Made by a program: the position numbers and the translations under genes | Part shown: positions 55,526 through 64,000 of the stretch, piece after piece | Numbering within the stretch: the stretch's first letter is position 1 | Layout of the letters: each line of letters starts with the position of its first letter | Notes under the pieces: model-generated | What the model was told of the DNA's origin: nothing | The model's database searches: none | Seen by the model: only the letters and a program-made list of their open reading frames with translations | NCBI GenBank assembly: GCA_041288095.1 | Contig: JBGGMJ010000187.1 | Location: 32,829-96,828 of the forward strand | DNA: 64,000 nucleotides | Source of the DNA: Myxococcota bacterium | Lineage (GTDB): Bacteria; Myxococcota; XYA12-FULL-58-9; JALHOP01 | Direction of reading: 5' to 3'

Positions 55526-56281
55526 ATGTTCGTTCGCGCTCTTTCTTGCCTCGCCATCTTGGCGACTGCCTGCGGTGATGGTGGCGGCGATGACGCGCCT
55601 GACGGCGCGGTGCCGACCGATCCGCTCGAGTTCGAGCCCGGCGACGCCCTGCAGATGCGAGCGAACGGCATCACGCATTTTGTCTTGGTGCCGCGCGGCT
55701 ACGACGCGACCCACCAGACGCCCGCGCAGGTGTACGTTTACTTGCACGGTTGTGGCGGCGCCAGCAGCGGCGATGTCTACGCGGCGAGCAACATCGACGC
55801 CGACTGGATCGGCCTCGCGCCGGGCGGCGCCGAAGGCCAGTGCTGGGACAACCAGAGCGCCAGCGCCGAGATCGTCATGGACGCTATCGCGGAGCTCAAA
55901 ACGCACTTCAACATCGACCGCCGCCGCGTTCATATCGGCGGCTACTCGTCGGGCGGCGACTTGAGCTACTACACAGCGCTGCGCAACGCCTCGTCGTTCG
56001 CCGGGATTCTCTCGTACAACTCCATCCCCTCGTACAGCGCCAAGGGGCTGCAGGATGGAATCACCGCCGCGAGCTGGAAGCTCAACATCGTCCATCTCTC
56101 GCAAACCGAAGACGGCGTCTACGCGATTGCCGACGTTCGCGCGCGCTTCCAGACACTCCGCGACGCCGGCTTTCCCGTGACTCACATCGAGCGCCCGGGC
56201 GCCCACTACGACGACAACACGACGCAGTACCGCAACACGCTGGTCTACCCGCACCTGGAGGACGGCTGGCGCGCGCCCTAG
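55526..56281 (+). CDS. Alpha/beta-hydrolase lipoprotein, paralog 4
   Basis: Lipobox ATAC; LHGCG, GYSSGG, EDG, PGAHY. Confidence 0.88.
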   Translation: MFVRALSCLAILATACGDGGGDDAPDGAVPTDPLEFEPGDALQMRANGITHFVLVPRGYDATHQTPAQVYVYLHGCGGASSGDVYAASNIDADWIGLAPGGAEGQCWDNQSASAEIVMDAIAELKTHFNIDRRRVHIGGYSSGGDLSYYTALRNASSFAGILSYNSIPSYSAKGLQDGITAASWKLNIVHLSQTEDGVYAIADVRARFQTLRDAGFPVTHIERPGAHYDDNTTQYRNTLVYPHLEDGWRAP

Positions 56282-56362
56282 GCGAGTGGGGCATTGCACT
56301 GATGGCGTCTATTTTTGTCACTCCTCTTGCGGTCATCCTCCGCCGTTTGCTTCTTTCGGTTC

Positions 56363-56986
56363 ATGAAGCGCGCTGCATTGATCTGGGTATCGTTGCTCGT
56401 CGGCTGTCACGCGACGAAGGGTCCCAGCTCCGCCGATCGAGCGGGTGACCCAACGCGGCTGCGAGAGCCTGAAGCCTTCGCGGACATGCGCGACACGGCG
56501 GCCCGCTCGCAGGCCCTCTTCTTGGAAGCCAGCAAGGTGATGCTGCATCCCCGATGCACCAACTGCCACCCACCGGACGACACCCCGCGGCAGCTCATGG
56601 CGCAGCGCCCGCACGATCCTCCCGTCACGCGCGGCCCCGACAACCATGGCGTCCCCGGGATGGAGTGCTCGTCCTGTCATCAAGACACGAACCTCGAGCT
56701 GGCGCGCGTACCGGGTGCGCCGAGCTGGCACCTCGCGCCCATCGAAGCGGTCTGGCTCGGGAGAACACCCGCGCAGATCTGCGAGCAGCTCAAAGACCCG
56801 GCGCGCAACGGTAACAAGGCCGTGCAACAGATCGTCGATCACGCAGCGCACGACGCGCTCGTCGCCTGGGGTTGGAATCCCGGCCACGACCGCGAGCCGG
56901 CGCCGGGCACACAAGAGGTCTACGGCAAGCTGATGCAAGGATGGCTCGACACCGGCGCGCACTGCCCGCGAGGAGAGGCGTTATGA
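56363..56986 (+). CDS. Diheme cytochrome c lipoprotein associated with IorAB-type oxidoreductase
   Basis: Lipobox [32 protein letters not shown] overlap with next gene. Confidence 0.88.
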   Translation: MKRAALIWVSLLVGCHATKGPSSADRAGDPTRLREPEAFADMRDTAARSQALFLEASKVMLHPRCTNCHPPDDTPRQLMAQRPHDPPVTRGPDNHGVPGMECSSCHQDTNLELARVPGAPSWHLAPIEAVWLGRTPAQICEQLKDPARNGNKAVQQIVDHAAHDALVAWGWNPGHDREPAPGTQEVYGKLMQGWLDTGAHCPRGEAL

Positions 56987-57444
56987 TCCAGCTCACCATC
57001 AACGGTGTCGCGCACGAGCTCGACGTCGATCCGGAGATGCCTCTACTGTGGGTGCTGCGCGACGTGCTCGGCCTCACGGGCACGAAGTACGGTTGCGGCG
57101 AGGCGCTCTGTGGTGCTTGCACGGTCCACCTCGACGGTCATGCGGTCCGTGCTTGCGTGACACCGGTACGCCGCGCCTCCGCCAAAGCGGTCACCTCCAT
57201 CGAGGGCCTCTCGGCGGACGGGTCGCACCCGCTGCAGAAGGCTTGGACCGAGATGGGCGTACCGCAGTGTGGCTTTTGCCAGGCAGGTCAGCTGATGACC
57301 GCCGCGGCGTTGCTCGCCAAAAACCCCCAGCCGACGCCCACCGACATCGACCGCTCGCTCGCCGGCAATCTTTGCCGCTGCGGCGCCTACAACCGCATTC
57401 GCGCCGCCATCCAGAAGGTCGCCGTGGAGACCAAGCAGCCATGA
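56983..57444 (+). CDS. iorA: 2Fe-2S subunit of xanthine dehydrogenase family (IorA-like)
   Basis: [27 protein letters not shown]. Confidence 0.92.
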   Translation: MIQLTINGVAHELDVDPEMPLLWVLRDVLGLTGTKYGCGEALCGACTVHLDGHAVRACVTPVRRASAKAVTSIEGLSADGSHPLQKAWTEMGVPQCGFCQAGQLMTAAALLAKNPQPTPTDIDRSLAGNLCRCGAYNRIRAAIQKVAVETKQP

Positions 57445-59666
57445 CGCTGTCGCGACGCGTCTTCCTGAAGGGTCTGGGCGTCTCCGCTGGAGGCCTGCTC
57501 ATCGGCGGCGGTGGCAAGGTTTGGGCGCAGGCAGCGGCGGGGTCATTCGATCCCAATGTCTTCGTCCACATCGGCACCGACGGCGTCGTCACCATCGTCT
57601 GCCATCGCAGCGAGATGGGTCAGGGAGTCCGGAGCACGCTGCCGGCCCTCATCGCCGACGAGCTCGGCGCCGATCTCGCGAGTGTGCGCGTGGTCCAGGC
57701 CATCGGCGACAAGAAATACGGTGACCAGAACACCGACGGCTCCTCGAGCGTTCGCCGCCGCTTCGACGAGCTTCGCGAGGCCGGCGCGGTCGGCCGTGTC
57801 ATGTTGTGCACCGCGGCCGCCCGCCGGTGGCAAGTCGACGCCAAGACCTGCACCACGGAAGGCGGCTTCGTCGTCCATTCCCAGTCCAAACGCCGTATCG
57901 CTTTCGCGGACATCGTCCGGGACGCGGCGCGCGTAAAGCCGCCCGCGAAGGTGGAGCTCAAGGCCCCCGCGCAACGCCGCTACATCGGCTCCTCGACCCT
58001 GCCGCTCCTCGACGGGCCCGACATCGCGACCGGCAAGGCGATTTTCGGCGCCGACGTGAAGCTCCCCGGGCTGCTCACCGCGGTCATACTGCACCCGCCG
58101 GTCGTCGGCGGCACCCTCGCCTCCTACGACGCGACACCCGCCTTGGCCATTCGCGGCGTGCGCCAAGTCGTCGAGCTGCCGGCGCCGCAACCGCCGTACA
58201 AGTTCCAGCCTCTCGGCGGCCTTGCCGTCATCGCGGACAACACTTGGGCTGCCTTGCGCGGACGCAAGGCGCTGGTCGCCACATGGAATCACGGCGACAA
58301 CGCCGCGTATGATTCGACGTCGTACCGCGAGCAACAGACCGCGACCATTCGCGGCAACTGCACCGTTGTCCGCTCGCGCGGCCGCACCGCGGATGCAATG
58401 AGCGGCGCGGCGTCACGCCTCGAAGCGGAATATTTCATGCCGCACCTGTCGCACGCGCCGATGGAGCCGCCGGCGGCGACCGCGCACGTGAAAGACGGCA
58501 AGTGCGAAGTCTGGACCTGCACCCAGAACCCACAGGAGTCACAAGCGGTGATCGCGGCGGTGACCGGCCTGCCTCCCGCCGACATCACCGTGAACGTCAC
58601 GCTGCTCGGTGGTGGCTTCGGCCGCAAGAGCAAGCCCGACTACGTCGGTGAAGCCGCGTTCTTGAGCCAGAAGGTCGGCGCTCCGGTCCGCGTGCAATGG
58701 ACACGCGAAGACGACATCCGCCACGACTATTTCCACACGACGAGCGTGCAGCGGCTCGAGGCCGGTCTCGACGGCGAGGGTAAGCTCGTAGCCTGGCGCC
58801 ACCGCACGACCTTTCCACCGATCGCGTCGACCTTCACCGAAGGCGCGACGCTCGGCCGAGAAGGTGAGCTCGCCCAAGGCTACGCCGACTTCCCGCTCGA
58901 TATCGCCAATGTGCAAGTCGAGAACGGACCCTCGAAGGCGCACGTCCGCATCGGCTGGCTGCGCTCCGTGAACAACATCCACTCGGCCTTCGGCATCAAC
59001 TGTTTCATCGACGAGCTGGCGGCGGCGCGAAAGGTCGATCCGAAAACACAGCTCCTCGAGATCCTCGGCGCCCCTCGCAACGTGACGCTAGAAGAGCTCG
59101 GCATGGAGAAGATCCCGAACTACGGCCATCCTCTCGAGGATTATCCGCTCGACGTCGCGCGCATGCGCAAGGTCATCGAGCGTGTGACCGCCATGGCAGG
59201 CTGGGAAGCGCGGGCGCAGGACCCGGACCGCGGGTACGGCCTCGCTTTCCACAAGTCGTTCCAGTGTCAGACCGCGGTCGTCGTCGCGGTGAAGAAGCAG
59301 CCTTCGGGGAAGCTCAAGGTCGACGAGGTCTGGCTCGCCGCCGACGCCGGTCTCGTCGTCAATCACGAGCGGGCGCAGTCGCAGATGGAGGGCGCCGTGC
59401 TCTTCGGTATGAGCATCGCGATGTACAGCGAAGTCACCTTCAAGGGCGGCATCGCCGAGCAGTCCAACTTCGACGGCTATCGGCTCACGCGCATGCCCGA
59501 CGCTCCGCGCGCCATCCACATCGACATCGCGAAAAACGAGGAGCGCCCCGGCGGCGTGGGTGAGCCGGGTGTCCCGCCGGTGGCACCGGCCATCGTCAAC
59601 GCGGTGTTCGCCTTGACCGGCAAGCGCGTGCGCGAAGTACCGCTATCGCGGGCGGGTCTCGTCTGA
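57441..59666 (+). CDS. iorB: Molybdopterin-binding subunit of xanthine dehydrogenase family (IorB-like), Tat-exported
   Basis: SRRVFLK Tat motif; [30 protein letters not shown]. Confidence 0.92.
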   Translation: MTLSRRVFLKGLGVSAGGLLIGGGGKVWAQAAAGSFDPNVFVHIGTDGVVTIVCHRSEMGQGVRSTLPALIADELGADLASVRVVQAIGDKKYGDQNTDGSSSVRRRFDELREAGAVGRVMLCTAAARRWQVDAKTCTTEGGFVVHSQSKRRIAFADIVRDAARVKPPAKVELKAPAQRRYIGSSTLPLLDGPDIATGKAIFGADVKLPGLLTAVILHPPVVGGTLASYDATPALAIRGVRQVVELPAPQPPYKFQPLGGLAVIADNTWAALRGRKALVATWNHGDNAAYDSTSYREQQTATIRGNCTVVRSRGRTADAMSGAASRLEAEYFMPHLSHAPMEPPAATAHVKDGKCEVWTCTQNPQESQAVIAAVTGLPPADITVNVTLLGGGFGRKSKPDYVGEAAFLSQKVGAPVRVQWTREDDIRHDYFHTTSVQRLEAGLDGEGKLVAWRHRTTFPPIASTFTEGATLGREGELAQGYADFPLDIANVQVENGPSKAHVRIGWLRSVNNIHSAFGINCFIDELAAARKVDPKTQLLEILGAPRNVTLEELGMEKIPNYGHPLEDYPLDVARMRKVIERVTAMAGWEARAQDPDRGYGLAFHKSFQCQTAVVVAVKKQPSGKLKVDEVWLAADAGLVVNHERAQSQMEGAVLFGMSIAMYSEVTFKGGIAEQSNFDGYRLTRMPDAPRAIHIDIAKNEERPGGVGEPGVPPVAPAIVNAVFALTGKRVREVPLSRAGLV

Positions 59667-61423
59667 GCGTCACAGCGCAATGGCTCGTCATCCTCGGCGC
59701 CACGCTCGGACCAGCACGCATCGCGGTCATTCCCCGGCCGAACGCCGTGGTGATGGGACGGGGTGAGTTTCGCTTGAGCGCCAAGACCGTGGTCGTCGCG
59801 ACGGGTGACGCCGTGGTCGAAGCGGAGAAGCTCGCGGCGACGTTGCGCCGAGCGACCGGCTACGCGCTCACGGTGCAAGCAGAGGCGCCGGCGGGCGCGG
59901 CCGCTATCGCGATGCGCATCGACTCGACCCGCGCGCAGGAGCTCGGTCCCGAGGGCTATCAGCTCGTGGTCACCCCGCGCGGCGTCGTCATGGCGGCCGC
60001 GACCAGCGCTGGGCTCTTCTATGGCGGACAGACCCTGCGGCAGCTGTTGCCACCCGAGATCAACGGAGCAAACCTGGTAAGACGCTCCTGGCGCGCACCG
60101 AGCGTCGACATCAGCGACCGGCCGCGCTTCGAGCTCCGCGGCGCGCTCGTCGACCCAGCGCGACACTTCATCGCCCTCACCGACCTGAAGAAGCTCATCG
60201 ACGGCTTTGCTTTCCACAAGCTCAATCGGGTGCACATCCATTTCACCGACGATCAGGGCTGGCGCTTGCCGATCGAGCCCACGGATGCCGAGCTGACGCA
60301 GCACGCGCTGACGCGGGCCGAATTCGACAACCTCATTCGCATCGGCAGCCGGCGCCGCGAGACCATGGTCGGACGCGCGGCAACGACCTTCGACGGTGTG
60401 CAGCGCTTCGACGGGGTGCCACACGGCGGTTCGTATACGCGCGCGGAGATCGCCGAGCTGGTCGCATACACGCGCGAGCGCCACATCGAGATCATCCCGG
60501 AGGTCGAGATGCCTGGGCACGTCGGTGCCGCCATCGCCGCGAACCCCGGCCTCGGAAACTATCCCGAGCGTCAGCTCGAGGTGAACCGTGCGTGGGGCGT
60601 TCACGAGGCGACGCTGCGGCCAACCGAGCGCAACATCGCCTTCATGCGGCTCGTCATCATCAAAGTGATGCAGATGTTTCCGGATTCGCGGCTCATCCAC
60701 ATCGGTGGCGACGAGGCGCCGAAGACGGAATGGGTCGCGACCAACGCCGTGGCGAAAAAGCGCGACGAGCTCCGCCGTGCCGGGCGACTCGAAGCGGTCC
60801 TGCGCGAGGGTCCCCTCGACAACGAGGAGCACCTGCAGGCTTACCTCGTGCGCGAGATGGCAAAGCTCGTGGTCGCGAACGGCCGCACCCTCGCTGCTTG
60901 GGACGAGGTCCTGGACGCCGAGGTGCCCTTGCCCAAGGACAAGATCGCGGTCTGGTCCTGGCGCGATATCCGGCGCGGAGTGGCGGCCGCCCAAGCCGGT
61001 CATCCCGTCGTCATGATGCCAACGGACCGCACCTACCTCGACGCCCCGCCCACCGAAGACCCCAACGAGCCCATCGGCCAGCCCGCCGTGAAGACCGTCG
61101 AGCAAGCCTACGCCTGGAACCGCGACCCCGACCCGGTGCCCGACGACCTCCCCCAAGAAGCGACCAGGAACCTTCTCGGGACCATTGCCGCGTTCTGGGG
61201 TGAGCACGCCTACGACTTCGACACGCTGCAATACTTCGTATTCACGCGCCTCCCCGCCTTCGCCGAGGCCGCCTGGACCGACGAGCGCCTGACCGAGGCG
61301 CCCACGGCCCTTGCCGAGCTCAAGCGCAGCCTCACGGTCCACGAGCGTCGCTTCGATGCGCTCGGCTTGCGCTATCGGCGGCCGGCGCAGCCCCGGATGC
61401 GGGTGCGGGACCTGCCCAACTGA
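59663..61423 (+). CDS. GH20 beta-N-acetylhexosaminidase
   Basis: DRPRFELRG.LVDPARHF, HFTDDQGWR, IPEVEMPGH, HIGGDE; first canonical start is 59747 but the conserved VIPRP lies upstream, so a CTG start at 59663 is inferred. Confidence 0.9.
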   Translation: MSVTAQWLVILGATLGPARIAVIPRPNAVVMGRGEFRLSAKTVVVATGDAVVEAEKLAATLRRATGYALTVQAEAPAGAAAIAMRIDSTRAQELGPEGYQLVVTPRGVVMAAATSAGLFYGGQTLRQLLPPEINGANLVRRSWRAPSVDISDRPRFELRGALVDPARHFIALTDLKKLIDGFAFHKLNRVHIHFTDDQGWRLPIEPTDAELTQHALTRAEFDNLIRIGSRRRETMVGRAATTFDGVQRFDGVPHGGSYTRAEIAELVAYTRERHIEIIPEVEMPGHVGAAIAANPGLGNYPERQLEVNRAWGVHEATLRPTERNIAFMRLVIIKVMQMFPDSRLIHIGGDEAPKTEWVATNAVAKKRDELRRAGRLEAVLREGPLDNEEHLQAYLVREMAKLVVANGRTLAAWDEVLDAEVPLPKDKIAVWSWRDIRRGVAAAQAGHPVVMMPTDRTYLDAPPTEDPNEPIGQPAVKTVEQAYAWNRDPDPVPDDLPQEATRNLLGTIAAFWGEHAYDFDTLQYFVFTRLPAFAEAAWTDERLTEAPTALAELKRSLTVHERRFDALGLRYRRPAQPRMRVRDLPN

Positions 61424-61520
61424 CGCGTCATTCGGAGCTAATTTTGTTCGCGATTTAGACGGAACAAGAGAGCGCTCCTGCCGAGAATCTCCTCTGTCAA
61501 CGCTAAGGGGATGTTCCACC

Positions 61521-61817
61521 ATGCACATCTGCAGCTGTCGACCCGCGGACCAACCGCTCACCTCCGGCGAAGTCGTCCAGCAAGTAGCCGCGGGTGCCTC
61601 GACCATGGCCGACGTCATCGAACGCACCGGCGCCGGGACCGGGTGCGGTGGCTGCGCCAAGAGTCTTTCCAAGGCGAAAGTGGCGGTCAGGGAAATCGCC
61701 GCCGAGCGCGACGCCGCTGCCGCACGTGGAGAAGCCTGGCCGACGCGTGATGAGTTTGGGCGCGCTGATTCCCGGGTGTCGAGCGCGGTGTTGGGTTCGT
61801 TCAGAGAGCGCACTTGA
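61521..61817 (+). CDS. BFD-like [2Fe-2S] ferredoxin
   Basis: MHICSC...TGAGTGCGGC; AAGGGG SD. Confidence 0.8.
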   Translation: MHICSCRPADQPLTSGEVVQQVAAGASTMADVIERTGAGTGCGGCAKSLSKAKVAVREIAAERDAAAARGEAWPTRDEFGRADSRVSSAVLGSFRERT

Positions 61818-61854
61818 ACCAGTAGCCCTGTTCGTCGAGACCTTGGGCAGGGCA

Positions 61855-63699
61855 ATGCGCTATCTCGAGCACATGCTCGGCTCCCTGTCGCTGCTCGCCA
61901 TCGCCGCTACGCCTCTCGTCACCGGCAACGGCCATGGCTTCGCCGTCTACGGTGAAGACGCCGGCGCCCTCGTGAAGCTCTACGCGCACCCCTACTCGTT
62001 CACGCGCCAGGATCCGCGCGACGCGCTCGCCGAAGGTATCCCCACCACCAACTTCGTAAAGCGCCTGGGCTGGGACGATCCTGGCAAGGCGGAGGTGAGC
62101 TACCGCGAGCAATCACACGTCATTGTCCGCTCCAGCGGCCACAGCACGCAGAGCTTCTTCATGCCCTGGGGTCTCGAGCGCCACGTGCTGGTCACGACCT
62201 GGGAAAGCAATGCGGCCAACGTCCCGCCCCTGGTGACCGAGTGGGCGCACACCGTCGCGACGCGCCGCGAGGTCCAGGTCGAAGGCGCCACCATCCGCGT
62301 GTCGCGCTTCCACGACGTCGACGAGGTGCTTGTCACCGTGCCTCTGGGACCACGAGCCTGGGCGTTCGCGTCGCTCGAAAACGAAAGCGACGCGGAGCGC
62401 GCCGCCGCGGAGATCCTACGCTGGGCCGCTGCTCTCGACGCCCGAGCACTGGTAGAGCGCGAGCTGCGCGAGATCGAGGCCTGGCGCGTGAAGCCGGCGG
62501 TGACCTTCGGGAGCGACGACGAGCGCGTCTTGTGGCGGCAGAGCGAGATGGTCCTGCGCATGGGGCAGAGCCGTGAGCCCAACCGGCCCGGCCGCGTCAA
62601 CAACGGCCTCATCCTGGCGGCGCTACCAGACGGTGGCTGGGTGACTTACTGGGTGCGCGACATGGCCTACGCCATCGACGCCCTCATCCGCATGGGCCAT
62701 CGCGCCGAGGCGCGCGCCGGCATCGAAGCCTACTTTCATGCACGCCCTATCGGCGCGATGCACAACGATGTCGGCGGTCTCCCCTACCAAGTCTCCGTCG
62801 TCCGCTATTTCGGAGACGGGGCCGAGGAGCCGTTCTTCACGCAAGAAGGCGCGACCAACATCGAGCTCGACAACTGGGGCCTCGTCTTGTGGGTGCTGGG
62901 CGACTACGTGGCGCGCTTCGGCGACGACGCCATCCTCGACACACCGACGTATCGCGGCTCGATCTACGAGAGCGCCAAGCGCTACATCGTCGATCCGCTG
63001 ATCAAGAACCTCGACGTCCACGACGGCGGACTCATCACTCGCGCCGATACCTCGATCTGGGAGGAACGCCAGAAGGACGCCAAGCACTTCGCCTACTCGA
63101 CCATCGCCGCCATCGTCGGCTTGGGCCGCTTCGACGCTCTGGCGCAGCGCCGTGGCGACGCCAAGCTCCACGGGGATCTGCTGGGCGTGCTCTCGCTCTT
63201 GCGGCAGGGCTTCGACGGCGCCTACGCCAAGGATCATCGCCTGCGAGGCACGCTCGAGCGCGGCATCAAGAACGACATCGACGGCGCCGTGCTCACGGCG
63301 TTCAACTTCGAGGTGGTGACCGATCGCGATGTCATGAAGAACACCGTCGACGCCATGGCGCGCCTCGCGGTGGCGTCGGGCGGCTACCGGCGCGTCACCT
63401 GCATCCTCACCGATCCCAAGATCTTCGAATATTGGTACGAGCGTCAGGAGTTCGTCTTCGTCGACTTGTCGCTGGCCGAGGTCTACCGACGCTTGGGCGA
63501 GAAAGCGAAAGCGGACGCCCTGCTCGGTGTCATCGTGAGCAAAGCCGCGCGCGACCACTTCTTCGTGCCGGAGATGTACGTCTCGGTCGGAAATCCTCTG
63601 TTCAAGGGCCCAATCGGCGCGCCGACCGGCGCCATCCCCATGGTCGGCTACGGGGCGGGCGCTTACATCAGCCACCTGCTCGCCCGCGAGCGCATGTAA
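61855..63699 (+). CDS. GH15-like (six-hairpin) glycoside hydrolase, exported
   Basis: Signal peptide; YWVRDMAY, ELDNWG, SIWEE, VPEMY. Confidence 0.8.
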   Translation: MRYLEHMLGSLSLLAIAATPLVTGNGHGFAVYGEDAGALVKLYAHPYSFTRQDPRDALAEGIPTTNFVKRLGWDDPGKAEVSYREQSHVIVRSSGHSTQSFFMPWGLERHVLVTTWESNAANVPPLVTEWAHTVATRREVQVEGATIRVSRFHDVDEVLVTVPLGPRAWAFASLENESDAERAAAEILRWAAALDARALVERELREIEAWRVKPAVTFGSDDERVLWRQSEMVLRMGQSREPNRPGRVNNGLILAALPDGGWVTYWVRDMAYAIDALIRMGHRAEARAGIEAYFHARPIGAMHNDVGGLPYQVSVVRYFGDGAEEPFFTQEGATNIELDNWGLVLWVLGDYVARFGDDAILDTPTYRGSIYESAKRYIVDPLIKNLDVHDGGLITRADTSIWEERQKDAKHFAYSTIAAIVGLGRFDALAQRRGDAKLHGDLLGVLSLLRQGFDGAYAKDHRLRGTLERGIKNDIDGAVLTAFNFEVVTDRDVMKNTVDAMARLAVASGGYRRVTCILTDPKIFEYWYERQEFVFVDLSLAEVYRRLGEKAKADALLGVIVSKAARDHFFVPEMYVSVGNPLFKGPIGAPTGAIPMVGYGAGAYISHLLARERM

Positions 63700-63703
63700 C
63701 CCG

Positions 63704-64000
63704 ATGGAGCCAGCGACCGGCAGAGCAGCTCGCATCGCGGCGGTGGCGATCATCGTCTTCAGCGTCGCCCTCGCGCTCGTGGCGGTCTTCGACCACGCCT
63801 CGGTCGACCGCTTCCCCGCACCCACGAAGACGTTCCTCATGCTCGCCGCCATGGCGTACACGGGGACAGGCGCCGTTGTGTGGCGCTTGGCGCGGGCCGC
63901 GGAGCCACCGACGCTGCTAACGCGCTACCGCCACGCGCTGCTTGCCCTGCTCGCGGCCTACGCGGTCTCCTTCTTGCCTCTCGGGGTCGCCGTCCTGCCG
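63704..64000 (+). CDS. Membrane protein (3'-partial)
   Basis: Not in ORF track; ATG 4 nt after upstream stop; MEPATGRAARIAAVAIIVFSVALALVAVF.. with three hydrophobic segments, open to window end. Confidence 0.65.
   Translation, partial: MEPATGRAARIAAVAIIVFSVALALVAVFDHASVDRFPAPTKTFLMLAAMAYTGTGAVVWRLARAAEPPTLLTRYRHALLALLAAYAVSFLPLGVAVLP

Noticed and set aside
52203..56281. Hydrolase array as a shufflon or diversity-generating retroelement
   Set aside because: No recombinase or reverse transcriptase in the window; each copy is a complete gene, and no adenine-specific variation is apparent.
59477..61855. 792-aa minus-strand ORF and many similar long antisense or alternate-frame ORFs (e.g. 1844-3142, 14975-16228, 48585-49961)
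   Set aside because: Shadow ORFs typical of high-GC DNA; they overlap well-supported genes and carry no motifs.

Overview
High-GC chromosomal window, most likely from a myxobacterium (Myxococcota-like). This is inferred from the many Cys-rich lipoproteins, FecR/ECF cassettes, TPR-lipoprotein pair and DUF4139 genes. About 47 CDSs can be supported, two of them cut by the window ends and missing from the ORF track. I see no rRNA, tRNA, CRISPR array, integrase or transposase. Surface and secreted proteins dominate: giant Cys/Asp repeat proteins, FG-GAP and DUF1554-like mosaics, and a Hint-domain protein. There are also two ECF sigma/FecR/outer-membrane-protein/lipoprotein cassettes, a VKOR-DsbA/OmpA-like/TlpA disulfide operon, four alternately oriented alpha/beta-hydrolase lipoprotein paralogs, an IorAB-type molybdoenzyme operon and two glycosidases. 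The best candidate for an undescribed system is at 43.3-48.7 kb. There, an ECF/anti-sigma operon ends in a lipoprotein that copies the C-terminal domain of the divergently encoded secreted protein but lacks its DDH motif, which suggests a decoy-sensor form of cell-surface signalling. All family assignments come from motif recognition by eye, without database searches.
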